From positions 41,924,464 through 41,988,463 of the forward strand of contig NC_043011.1 in NCBI RefSeq assembly GCF_006345805.1: 64,000 bases of DNA, in the 5' to 3' direction. This document shows, in pieces, positions 13,529 through 26,170 of this stretch. The position numbers and the translations under genes are program-made. The stretch is from Octopus sinensis (lineage: Eukaryota). The notes beneath the pieces are model-generated. The model saw only the letters and a list, made by a program, of their open reading frames with translations, was not told where the DNA came from and made no database searches. Position 1 is the first letter of the stretch; the number at the start of each line of letters is the position of its first letter.

Positions 13529-14124
13529 ATCATCATCATCATCATTGTTTAACATCCATTTTCTATGCTGGCATGGGTTGGACAGTTCAACTGGGGACTG
13601 GCAAGCCAGTAGGCTGTGCCAGGCTCCAATGTGATCTGGCAAGGTTTCTACAGCTGGATGCCCTTCCTAATGCCAACCACTCCAAGAGTGTAGTAGGTGC
13701 TTTTTATGTGCCAATGGCACAGGAGCCAGTTAGGAGGCACTGGCATCAACTATATTCGGATGGTGCTTTTTTCATGTCACTAGCATGGGTGCCAGTCAGG
13801 CAACACTGGCATCAACTCACGCTTGAATGGTGCTTATTACATGCCAGTTAGGCGGCACTGGCATTGACCCACACTTGAATGGTGCTTATTACGTGTCACC
13901 AGCACGGGTGCCAGTCAGGCGGCACTGGCCACAGCTACAATTTCCATTTTGATTTCAATCTTGATTTGCTTTTGATTTTGATTTTTGATTTTACTTGACT
14001 CAATAGGTTTTCTCAAGTGCAGCATACTGCTCTATAACTCAAGGGTACTTTTAAAATGGGCTGGTTATGTGACACTGGTATAGGCTATGGCTGTGATCTC
14101 ACTTTACTTACTGGGTCTTCCCAG
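13529..14124 (-). mobile_element. RTE LINE 3' UTR plus last ORF2 codons, older subfamily
   Basis: (CAT)n tail at left, aggaagggcatcc motif, internal tandem subrepeats, minus gaagacccagtaagtaaagtgag resembling the ORF2 end at 62045-62069. Confidence 0.85.
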
Positions 14125-15214
14125 TTGGTATATTAAACTCCTCAAGAACAACCTCAAGGGCTGCACAGAACTTTGTCAGTCAGTTTTGTGATAAAGTGAT
14201 CTCACTTTTTATATTCATTCAGTTTTTGATAACCATGAATGATTTTCATATGAATACCTAAAATATTTTAGACAATAAAAAATTTTAAATATTACATTTA
14301 TTATCTCACCTATGTTGATTTATTCAAAGAATTGTTGTACATAGGTAAATACAAATGTTCTGGATAATAAATATAGAAATTTGTATAAACTATAAGAGTA
14401 ATGTGTAGTTATTCTCACCTTAACCTGCAATCTACCTGATATTGTGTACTACCCATGACAAATTAATGACTAAGACCCTCTTGAATGATGACCGCAATTA
14501 AAATACTTTCCTTAAAAAAATAGGACTTGTCCCAGTCCTAATTACATTTAAAATCTCCTCTCATTAGAAGACACCCTCTGAGTGTGTGTGTAAAAATGAA
14601 ATTCAGTCTACAAATGTACAAACAGCAATTATAAAATACTCAATACTAGAAATAGAGCAAATAATGAATAAAGCTAAAGTAACTGTTGATTAAATTGTCA
14701 GTTTTTCACCACATAACTTCTGACATTAAGTCATTGAAGACATTACACTCTTTAATATCTATACACTTTTTTTCCTTAACTTTCCATTTGTAAAAAAATA
14801 AAACATACACACACATATATATACGTAGTTTGGTTTATTACAGACGGAATGATATATATATCTTTTGACTAATTTTAATTTTTTCAGTTAATTCGTTTGC
14901 ACTCCAAATGGTAATGTTAGCTCAGCCATGGAGCAAAGAAAGCAACTAGAAATTTAACTGCTTGGTTGGCGGTAGGTCTGTTATGTTGTTCCGACAACAA
15001 AATCAAATCCAATTGTGTCCACCAAGCTACCCACTGTCCTCCCTCTTTCCTTAGGAGACAAACTAACAGGACCACAACCATTTATGTACTAACATGTCTT
15101 GCCTTTGAGATGTTATCGTTTTCATATTCCACCCACATCCTACCCTTAAACTTTGATATTAACTTCAACTTATTAACATCAAAACCTCTACTAATTTTGT
15201 TGTACAGTTTTGTT

Positions 15215-15259
<45 letters not shown>

Positions 15260-16311
15260 GTCTTGTTATTTGATATCTTTTATATAATTTAAAAGTATTT
15301 TTGTTTGTTTTATGTTTAGTTTCATTCATTCTTATTTATTTATTTATTTTTTTACCCATTTCTTGCATCATAAAATAAGTAAGGAAATAATGGGCTGTTA
15401 GGGTCATTCGCATGGGGACAGGTGGAGCATGTTTTCACAAACACTGAATTCATTGCACTGACATTGACTATGTATGTGTGTGTTTGTGCGTGTGTGTATA
15501 TGTATTTTGTCCATATAAAGCATGGAAGAAATAAGTGACTTTCATCTCCACAATTTTGAAGTTTTCAGCTGTGCATATCCGTGGAAGCAATTAATGCAGT
15601 TGCCTGCATACTATGATGCCAGACTAGAAGCCATGATGCAGGGAAAACATCTGGAATAACGTTTTATGACTCTGGACGTACACCAAGTTACATGGTATAC
15701 CGAAGTCCAAAGGTCCCTTCAGTCTCTTCAGCAGTCTCTTACATTGTCTTATAAGCTCAGTTGGCTAGAATTTATTTTGCTATTCGGTATGTTGTGTGAG
15801 AAAAAGAAAGTGAATCTGTTGTGCATGCAGCTCTTTCTGGCTTTGAAAATATAAACCTTGCACTAAACTAACATCCTTGTCTTGCAAGTAAGACTGCATG
15901 GTACCCGGATGACAGAGCCAACCCCTCCCCCCAATTAATAATGTTGTTTTAATTGAGATGTTCTACACATCTACAGTAATGAAATACTGCCCCTTCCATA
16001 GTTTCAAGCACACTGCAGAAGGTGTAGTATAAGCAAAAGCAGTTGGGATTCTCTGGAACCTTGGCATAGATGCATTGCCTGTAGAGATGCTGTGTGCAGA
16101 AATTCATAACCTTTATTGATCACCAATGAATGGACATGATAACTTTAGGCAGCTTCCTCTTCAGTTTCCTTTCTATTTTTGTTTTATGTTTACTTTTGTT
16201 TATGTATTTATTTTTCAGCAGTTACTGGATCATTGTCAAATTTGACATACAGGCTGAGATATATATATATATATATATATTAAGTGTAGATCGTATACGA
16301 GTGGGTATATA

Positions 16312-16445
16312 TTTATAAAAAAGAAGTTTGAAAGCGCCATTATATAAGATAATTTTAATTTCAAGAAGAACCGAAACATATAAAATTTCTAAGAAAATTA
16401 AAATTTATCTTATATAGTGGCGTTTTCAAACTTCTTTTTTATAAA
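16312..16445. repeat. Palindromic element (about 50-bp arms)
   Basis: tttataaaaaagaagtttgaaagcgccattatataagataa / ttatcttatatagtggcgttttcaaacttcttttttataaa. Confidence 0.8.
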
Positions 16446-16476
16446 CATATATATATATATATATATAAATATATCT

Positions 16477-16793
16477 CACAATTTAGGTTAGTTGAAATGC
16501 AGTTACCGTGGAGAAAAACATCTCTCTCATGGTAAAAAGGTGTGAAAGCGCCAGTTCGTTCAGTGTCGCCATTTCTCAAGAAACTCAGACATCTTAGTTA
16601 CATCTCATCGACAAGAGTCAATAAACTCGAAACAGCGATGTCTGAGATTCTCAAGAGAGGGTGACACTGAATGATCTGAGTGTTTTCACACCTTTTTACC
16701 ATATGAGAGAATCTTTCTCCATGGTAACTGCAGTGTATTTGCCATTTAGCAGTTGAAATAAGTGACAAACATATTTCAACTAACCTAAATTGT
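16477..16793. mobile_element. Imperfect palindromic element containing a degenerate hammerhead-like fold
   Basis: Arms about 16498-16593 and 16637-16732, plus outer arms tcacaatttaggttagttgaaat / atttcaactaacctaaattgtga. Confidence 0.7.
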
Positions 16794-16842
16794 GATTATA
16801 CATAAACACTGCTTTGCACCATTACTTCGTTTAATATATATA

Positions 16843-16967
16843 CATCATCATCATCATCATCATCGTTTAACGTCCGCTAGCATGGGTTGGACGGTTCAAC
16901 TGGGGTCTGGGAAGCCAGAAGGCTGCACCAGGCCCAGTCTGATCTGGCAGTGTTTCTACAGCTGGAT
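16843..16967 (-). mobile_element. RTE 3' tail, heavily truncated
   Basis: (CAT)n-gtttaacgtccg...ggttggacgg...ctacagctgga; flanked by (TA)n on both sides. Confidence 0.85.
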
Positions 16968-16989
16968 ATACATACATATATATATATAT

Positions 16990-17088
<99 letters not shown>

Positions 17089-17122
17089 TATATATACATA
17101 CATACATATATATATATATATA

Positions 17123-17157
<35 letters not shown>

Positions 17158-17611
17158 ATATATATATATATACATATATACATATATATATATATATTAT
17201 ATATATATATACACGCACACACATACACATGTGCACGTATATATATATATATATATAAAGATTTAACGAACATTTCAGATTTTTGCTACATGTGTTTCTG
17301 TCACATGATCATTTATTCAGTGATTCATGATATTACATGTGTTCCTTGGGTGAGATCAATATTTTCATTTCAAAACTATTGAAATGGGAAACTAAAGGAA
17401 GCTTAGCTCTGTATTTCATAACTTTCATAAATGTTGATTTCAGCTCGTTTCTAATATATTACCAACAAACACTTTAACAATGATTATTATTGTTTGCTGA
17501 ATAGTTCTTTCTATTGTAATATATGTAATTTTACTTCACAAACCATAACGTGTTTATCATTTTCTTTAGATTTGCAGGCTCAACTCATTGAATATAATAT
17601 TTGTATTACTC

Positions 17612-17779
17612 TATTTAATGACATTAAAGACACATGACCATATTAGGATGCATCCCAATTTCAGCAGTATATGCAGGAAAAAATGTCTTTAGTGCTTTAA
17701 AGTTTATGGATGGCCCAACTTCACATATAGGACCCTGGGTGATTTTGGGGGAAAAATGTGTCTTAGATGCCATCAAATA
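17612..17779. mobile_element. Short MITE, probably pogo/Tigger-like
   Basis: TIR tatttaatgacattaaagacacat vs reverse complement tatttgatggcatctaagacacat (20/24). Confidence 0.55.
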
Positions 17780-18717
17780 CAATGTCCGCCTGCTATTGCC
17801 AATCACCACTCCCCAATGATCTCAACATATCTCTGCCTTGTTCAGATCATACTCTTGTTCCTTCTACCCTCTCGCCTATTTTGATCCTTCTAGTACCATA
17901 CTTCCTTCTGTCCTTTCTCTCCAGGTTCCCTTCCTTGTCCTCAGTCACCGGTGTAAATAAAGACCCCATAAATTTATTGTGTACCCTCTATACCTACATC
18001 TACTTCTCAGTGCTCATCCCTCAGATACCCATTCCCAGCCTTTCTGCTATCATCATTTTCTCTTCAAATCTACATCTATTGTATGTAAGGCACTAACCAC
18101 CACTACAACAGGATTGGCTAAATGAGTAGAGAAAGCATAGGATTGTGAGGTCTCTTTGGTTCTACCCAACCTCTGTGGTGCTGGTGCCACAAGAAGATGC
18201 ACTCAATACACTCAGTAAAGTGATTGGCATTAGAAAGGGCATGTAGCCATAGAAACCATGCCAAATGACATGTGCTATGAGCACATAAGCTTTGGAAGAT
18301 GTAACCTGCAGATTGACAACTCAGAGCATAGTGACTTATCTAACCCATGCCAGCTAGGAAAGTGGATATAGAATAAGAGAAGGGATGATGTTGCCAAAAA
18401 CTTCAAAATTGTTTTCTTTTTAAATATATATATATATTTGATAAATGATGTATGCAGCACAATTGTAAGCATGACTTCAAGTACATATGTTTCTTCTTAT
18501 AGTTATCTCAGGCACCTATTAAAAAAGATGTGGAGTAAATAAAATATATATTATCCTCATCATCATCATTGTTCTATTATCCTCATCATCATCCATGTTC
18601 TATGCTGGCATAAGTTGGATGGGCCCAAATACTGCATCATGTTCAGTATCTGCATTGGTATGGTTTCTACAACTTGATCCATTTCAATATAATAATAATT
18701 ATAATAATGATAATAAT

Positions 18718-19140
18718 AATAAGCCGGACATAGTCTTAATTGAGAAAGAAAACAAACTACTATGCTGGATCATAGATATAGCATGCCCAGCTGACAACAA
18801 GGAATGCAATAAGGAAGAAAGAAGAGTCTATAGATATAATAGGTTAGCTTGGGCGGTTAAGCAGTTGTGGTCAATGAAATAGGTAGTAGTAGTACCAATA
18901 ATTGTTGGAGCCCTGGGAATAGTGAACAAAAATCTCAAGAAGTACGTGGAACAAATAGGGGCTGCAATAAGAGTGTAGCATTTGCAGAAAACAGCACTGC
19001 TTGGAACCGGTTGAATACTCTGGAAGGTGCTTGAAAAATAAGGGGTGTTACCTTAGTTCACTAGTAGTGAACAGCTGGCACCATAGTACATCTCCAGCGT
19101 TAGAAGCTGTGCAAAGACAATAATAATAATAATAATAATT
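18718..19140 (+). mobile_element. R4/Dong-like non-LTR retrotransposon 3' fragment (RLE endonuclease)
   Basis: KPDIVLIEKENKLLCWIIDIACPADNKECNKEERRVYRYNRL...VVPIIVGALG...LQKTALLGT with stops; PD-(D/E)xK-type RLE; (TAA)n at both ends. Confidence 0.85.
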
Positions 19141-19356
19141 AAGACAGTGAGTTGGCAGAATCATTAGAATACCAGACAAAATACTTAGCAGCCTTTCATC
19201 AAACATTATGTTCTGAGTTCAAATTCTGACAAGGGTGACTTTACCTTTTGTTCTTTCAGAGTTGATAAAACAAGTATCAGTTGGACACAGGAGTTGATGT
19301 TATTAATTTATCCCCTCCCCCAAATTTGATGGCCTTGTGCCATAATTTGAAACCAA
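19141..19356 (+). mobile_element. SINE family B
   Basis: Full head, central domain and ttgaaaccaat end; sits in the (AAT)n tail of the R4-like fragment. Confidence 0.85.
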
Positions 19357-19414
19357 TATAATAATATTAATAATTTTTTTTCAAAATTTTTTCTCTGTTT
19401 TAATTCAGAAAATT

Positions 19415-19417
<3 letters not shown>

Positions 19418-19465
<48 letters not shown>

Positions 19466-19735
19466 TGTGTACAGTGCTCAGGTGCACTACAACTCATCTA
19501 AAGTGTATATATAATCAGGTGTAGTTTCGGCGGATTTCGGAAAGCATGAGGGCCTTAAAGGATGCAGTGTCATGGCAGTCAACAACTGATGCAGGCAGTT
19601 TATTCCATGCTTCAGCAACTCTGAGTGTGAAAAAATGTTTCCGAAAGTCATGGGAGCTGTGTTGTTTTCTGACTTTGTAGGCATGTCCACGTGTGTTAGA
19701 CACATGGAGATCAAAAAGGTGTTCAGTGTTGTTGT
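19418..19735 (-). mobile_element. CR1-group LINE 3' end
   Basis: Near-identical inverted copy of 9619-9903 with long (ATT)n tail. Confidence 0.85.
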
Positions 19736-19842
19736 TGTTGGTGAGGTGGTTGATAACATTTTAAAGTTGATAATTTTAAAAGTTACAACAATATTCATCT
19801 GTTTTCATTGCTTTTTTTTTCCCTTTCTGTTCATCTTTTCAG

Positions 19843-19985
19843 AACCATCACCAGTAGCCTCCCTCGATAGCGTCGGTGGAGGCAAAATAAGTCATTATGC
19901 TGTCCCTGGTCGCCATCATCATATGTCGAAGAAGCACAAAGTCAGTGGTTACCTATCGAGTCCTGGAGAAGAAACAACTGTTTAG
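19843..19985 (+). CDS. Terminal coding exon of an unidentified protein ending in class I PDZ-binding motif (EPSPVASLDS...GYLSSPGEETTV*)
   Basis: Strong acceptor cttttttttccctttctgttcatcttttcag; GC/CpG-rich, non-repetitive open frame to TAG. Confidence 0.8.
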
Positions 19986-20368
19986 CTTTTTTTTCCTATT
20001 TATCTAACTTTCTAGGTGTCTCTCTAACTAACTCTTCAAAAAGGAAAAAAAAACAAAAAAAAAAACAACCAAACCAAACCAACCAAACCAAACTTAATTT
20101 AACTTAACCCAATAACAAAGCACCTTTTTCATCCAGTTGTCTCGACGATTAACCTAAAGGCTGTGATACGAGAAAACAAAAATATTTAAAAAAATAAACA
20201 ACTTTAAAAAAAAAAATTATAAATTTAATTCATAATACTTATTATGATGAAGATTAACATTATTATCATTATTATTATTATTATTATTATTATGATAATA
20301 ATAATTATTATTATTGTTATTATTATTATTATTTAGATGAAAACAATCCATTTAGAATATAAAATAAA

Positions 20369-20417
20369 ATGAAAAAAAATATTCCCCTTTCAAAGACTAC
20401 TTGTAGTAGCAGTGTTT

Positions 20418-20469
<52 letters not shown>

Positions 20470-20483
20470 TGATGATGATGATG

Positions 20484-20520
<37 letters not shown>

Positions 20521-20593
20521 TAATAATGAAAACTAATAATAATAACTACAATAATGAAATAAAAAATTGAAATTTATATATATATACACACAC

Positions 20594-20625
<32 letters not shown>

Positions 20626-20803
20626 ATGCATATATATATATACATATATACACACACACACATATATATATACATACACACATACATATACATACATAAA
20701 TATTTATGTATATACATATTTATACATACTTCTAAAAGAAGAACTTGAGAAACAAGATGAAAAAATATTCCCCTTTCAAAGACTACTTGTAGTAGCAGTG
20801 TTT

Positions 20804-20858
<55 letters not shown>

Positions 20859-21021
20859 TGATGATGATGATGATAATGATAATATAATAATAATATAATA
20901 ATAATAATAATATAATAATAATAATAATAAATAATAATAATAACAATAATAATGAAAACTAATAATAATAACTACAATAATGAAATAAAAAATTGAAATT
21001 TATATATATATACACACACAC

Positions 21022-21053
<32 letters not shown>

Positions 21054-21195
21054 ATGCATATATATATATATACATATATACACACACATATATATATACA
21101 TAACACATACATATACATACATAAATATTTATGTATATACATATTTATACATACTTCTAAAAGAAGAACTTGAGAAACAAGATGAAAAAATATTC
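20369..21195 (+). repeat. Tandem duplication of a ~390-425 bp microsatellite-containing unit
   Basis: Units 20369-20757 and 20758-21181; unique parts (attcccctttcaaagactacttgtag...; cttctaaaagaagaacttgagaaacaag) identical. Confidence 0.9.
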
Positions 21196-21216
21196 TAAAA
21201 TATTCAAATAATATAT

Positions 21217-21247
<31 letters not shown>

Positions 21248-21612
21248 AGAAACCATATGCATATACCTTCACACACATATATATTTTTATGTATATGTGT
21301 GTATAAATATATATATGTATGTATGTATATATTTTGTGTGTGTGTGTATACACATATACACACACACATATGGTGCATTCTGTTCAGACATAAACTGAAA
21401 AAAACCAAAGTAAATTCAAGAGTTTTATTTATTAATTGCTAATTATGTTTTTTTTAATGAACTAATCTAAAAAAAAAGGAAAAACTATTCATCTGACAAT
21501 TTCAGTTTAATTCTATACTAAATTGGTTGATTAGCATTTTCAATTTAATTATCATTAATATCATTATTATCATTTCCATTATCATTTTCCATTACTATTA
21601 TTTTCATCATCA

Positions 21613-21671
<59 letters not shown>

Positions 21672-22250
21672 GCATGCTGTCTCAATTGGCTCTCATATTT
21701 TCCAGATGCTTTTCAAAAATAAGAAATACTGAAAAATCCCAACATACAAAAAAATTATTATTTATTCCATATACTCACATACACACACGCACACACACAC
21801 ACGTACATTCCAATACCATTATTATTATGATTGTTATCATTATTATTATTGTTGTTGTTGTCACTGTATAAAGAATATATATGTATATTATTTATTTTTT
21901 AACATTCCTTTTTCAATATTTTCTCTTCCAGTCAATCTATTAGTTTTTGATTTTCTAGTTTATTTCTTGTTTTTTTTATTTATTTGTTTATTTGCTTGAA
22001 ATATTCCATTCCAGTCCATTGAGTACCATTCTATAGCCATAGAATATATTTGCCAATATTGGTACTGGTTTTTTTTTTTGGTGGGGGGGTTAATGTCTTT
22101 AACACCACCTCCTCTCACCACCACCACCTCCTCCAAAGAGATCGAATGCCAAGTCAACTTGCGGAAAGAGATACATACAGACAGAGTGAGAGTTGAATTT
22201 ATAGAGAGTAAGAGGTAGAGAAAGAAAGAGAAAAAGGGAAAGATACATGC

Positions 22251-22283
<33 letters not shown>

Positions 22284-24254
22284 TGGAATAAATTATGAAC
22301 AGACATTTTAATCCAGTGTTTGAATTGTTGCCACCAATTCTGAAATTTCTGAGACTTGTGGCAGTATTGGTTTTGTCCTCTCCCAAACCACCACCAGCAG
22401 CTATAACAACAACAACAACACATGCCTGACTCTGGGAAGATTTGACCTCTACATTCCATGTTCAAATTCTGTACACATGTGCACACACACACTTATATAT
22501 ACATGCACACACATACACATAAATACATACACACACACATATATACATATACATACATCATCATCGCAATACATATACATTACACCCACCCACACGTATA
22601 TACATGCACACACATACACATGCACACATCGTTTTTTCAAAATTCAAACTTCATTTCTCATACATCTATAAGTAGTAAATCCTACAAACCAGTAATACCT
22701 TAGGGAGATGATTATGTTGACACTACCAAAACAGTGGTGTCTGATTAATTGTCTTGAAATATTTAGTTCTAGCTCTTTGAAATTTTGAGTTCAAATCCTG
22801 CAGATGAACCTTCTTTTTATTTTATTCCTGCAGAGATTAATACAGTAAGTACCCGTTATCTACTAAGGTCCAGTACAAACTACTGTGTCCTAATTCTTCA
22901 AAAATCATCTTTGTGCCTAACAAGTAAAAAAAAAAAAAAGATTTTTATGTGCTTTTCTTCCCCCTCTGCATTTTTACAAATTAAAAAAAAAATTTTTATC
23001 ATTTAATTTTAAATAATTTGTGAGTATAGAGATCGAAGAATTAATTATTTTAATTTAGTTCCAATTAGAAATTATTTCTTTTTCAATTTCTAATTTCGAT
23101 TATAATTGAATCAGTGTATGCCATTGATGCATTTTAGTTCATTAGTTTCCTGGTTCGTTAATTAGATTGTGAACCAAGTGAAGCTAAGTAAGGGAGGTAT
23201 TGAAATGGCAAGAGGATATGAGTTCAGGTACCCCCACCCACTCACACCATGCTATTATAAACAATTATGGTAGTATGGCATTTCACTGAAAATTATATTT
23301 AATCCTAGTAAATGCCTCGATTAAATCTTCCATGACCGTATTTCTTATAAAATAAACTATTTTTAATTAATTTTGAAAATATTCAAGAATTTGGAGTGCT
23401 TTCATAAAATGGCTAACTTTTACATGATCAAGCTGATGCTTGGAACAGAATTTACCAAAATGTTCTTATATAAAATTATCAAGGAAAGTTTAATTTTACT
23501 TTAAATATGAACATTTTAAAACAGGAGGTTTTTATATCATAGGAGTAGAGGTGGTCTCAGATGGATTAGAAGAATAAATGGACTTATGGAATATGTCTCA
23601 GATGGACTAGAAATGAAATAGTGAAACCCAACAGGAGAAGCTAGTTTCTTCACAGGAATGTTACCTGGGATAGATTTGTCATGTTACTGAAGGTAGATTA
23701 ATATTTGTCTTGTTTATTAACCATTACTAATTCTGTCACAACTAAGGACCAAGATTCCATGAATTTTTTTAATTTGTGATGTCAGCTGTTTATCATCCAA
23801 ACATTTATAAATTCTGTGAGTCCATTAATCCTTCCAATTTTGTCCTTCATCCATCAAAGATTCAACCTTGTCACATTATGTCACACTGATTTTGCCAGAG
23901 AATTACATTCAGGGTAGTCTGTGGAGCCCTCAGCTACTTAGACATTAGTTTCAAGTGTAAGAATTAAATTGGTTAAAAAGTTGTATGCTCATTCTCAAGA
24001 CTAATTGGAGATGTGTCTCCATTTTAGGGTATTCAAATCCCCACTTTTCTTCCATCCCACCAAGGCTGCTAAAATAAGTACCCGTCATATCCTGGGCTCA
24101 TTAAGTCAACTAAAGCTCTTCTTTGCAAATATGTTGCCTTGTGGCAATAAGAGAAATTATTATTTTATAGAATTAGTGAGTATCATGTGGTTAGGTGTAA
24201 ATTCTCCATAAACTTTTTGGCCCCCAAAGCAGTGACACTCTTTACTTTCACTTT

Positions 24255-24467
24255 CCTTAGAGCAATCAGTAAGCGTATTGGACAAAATGCCTTATGGTAT
24301 TTATTCTGGATCTTTACATTCTGGATTCAAATTTCATTGCAGTCACCTTTTGCCCACCTTTACATGGTTGATAAAATAAAGTACAAGTGAAGTACTGGTG
24401 TCAATATTTCAACTAACCCATTTCCTTTAAAATTCTGGCCTTCTGCCTAAATTAGAAATCATCGTTG

Positions 24468-24501
<34 letters not shown>

Positions 24502-24788
24502 TATCATTATTATTATCATTATTATTATTATTATTATTTTTAAGGCAGCCAGTTGGCAGAATCGTTAGCACACCAGGCATAATGCTTAGCAGCATTTTGT
24601 CCATTGTTACATTCAGAGTTCAAAATCTGCCAAGGTCAACTTTGCCTTTCATCCTTTAGGGGTCGATAAAATAAGTACCAGTTGAGCACTGGGATTGATC
24701 TAATCAGCTTCCCTCTCCCCTGAACTTGCTGGCCTTGTGCCCAAATTTGAAACCATTATTATTGTTGTTGTTGCTGTTGTTGTTGTTG

Positions 24789-24825
<37 letters not shown>

Positions 24826-25287
24826 GGCAGCAAACTGGAAGAATTTTCAGAATCTTGGAAAAAAATGTTTGCAGCATTTCTTCAGGCTCTTTACATTGTG
24901 GGTTCAAATTCCACTGAGGTTGGCTTTGCTTTTCATCCTTTCTGTGCCAATAAAATAAAGTATCAGTAATGTACTGGTGGTTGATGTAATCAACTTTTAC
25001 TTTCCCAAACAAATTTCTGGCCTTGTGCCTTTATTAGAAACTACTATTATTATTATTATTAGTAGTAGTAGTAGTAGTAAGGTGGTGAGCTGGCAGAATC
25101 ATTAGCATGCGAGGCAAAATGCTTAATGGTATTTTGTCCATCTTCACAGTCTTAGTTCAAATTCCGCCAAGGTCAACTTGGCCTTTCATCCATTTGGGGG
25201 TTGATAAATTAAGTAAGCACTGGGGTCAGTGTAATAAACTAGTCAGCTCGCTAAAAAATTTCAGGCCTTGTGCCTTTAGTAGAAAGG

Positions 25288-25288
<1 letters not shown>
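24255..25288 (+). mobile_element. Head-to-tail chain of four family B SINEs
   Basis: Copies about 24255-24460 (degenerate), 24541-24754, 24824-25040 and 25079-25288, separated by (CAT/ATT/GTT/AGT)n. Confidence 0.85.
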
Positions 25289-25328
<40 letters not shown>

Positions 25329-25901
25329 CATTATTATTATTATTATTATGTTCATGAGTAGTTGAAAGCTCAAAGTATGTTGAATGAAGATCAAGGTGGA
25401 TTTAACCCTCAATATTTTACTGGTATTTCCTGATTTTCCAGAAGTGTTCGATATAAGTTCAAGTGAAAACTAAAGACAGCTGTCATTGTGATTTGAACTT
25501 GAAACAGTAAGTGCAACAGGTCTGGATTGGATCAGGCTTAAAACATCTGGATTGGATCAATTTATGAATGACTGTGTTTGTTCCACTTTCACAGTTGTTG
25601 ATGATGGTGATAAGAGAGGTGATGATGAAGAGAAGGAAGAAGAGGATTTTTAACATTAACATAATGTCATTAAGAGCAGGGGTGGGTGGAGAATATAGTT
25701 CAGCCGAGTCAATCTCATTACTTTACTTGTATATTATTGAATGAAAGTGATGTAGGGGGAAAAGGCAGGCATGGCACAGATAGAATTTGAACTAAGAATG
25801 AATATATAGATGGAGTCAAACATTGTAAAGATTACAATATGGTGACTTCCTATTTCCCCCAACTAACCATGCCTAATTTTATACTTTATTAATAAAGATT
25901 T

Positions 25902-25932
<31 letters not shown>

Positions 25933-25964
25933 TAATAATAATAATAATAATAGTAATAATAGTA

Positions 25965-26170
25965 ATTCTTTCTGCTATACGCACAAGGTCTAAAATTTTG
26001 TGGGGAGGATACAGTTGATTATATCGACTCCAGTACTCAACTGGTACTTTATTTAATCAGGCCTGAAAGGAAAGACAAAGTAACTTTGGCAATGTCTGAA
26101 ATCAGAAGGTAAGACTCAAAGACATGCTGCTAAGCATTTTACCCAATGCAGTAATGGTTCTGTCACTTGC
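25965..26170 (-). mobile_element. SINE family B, degenerate
   Basis: Reverse complement of family B. Confidence 0.7.

Noticed and set aside
15569-15659. CAYPWKQLMQLPAYYDARLEAMMQGKHLE* as an alternative last exon
   Set aside because: The acceptor is only moderate, other frames and the opposite strand give equally plausible peptides, and nothing independent supports it.
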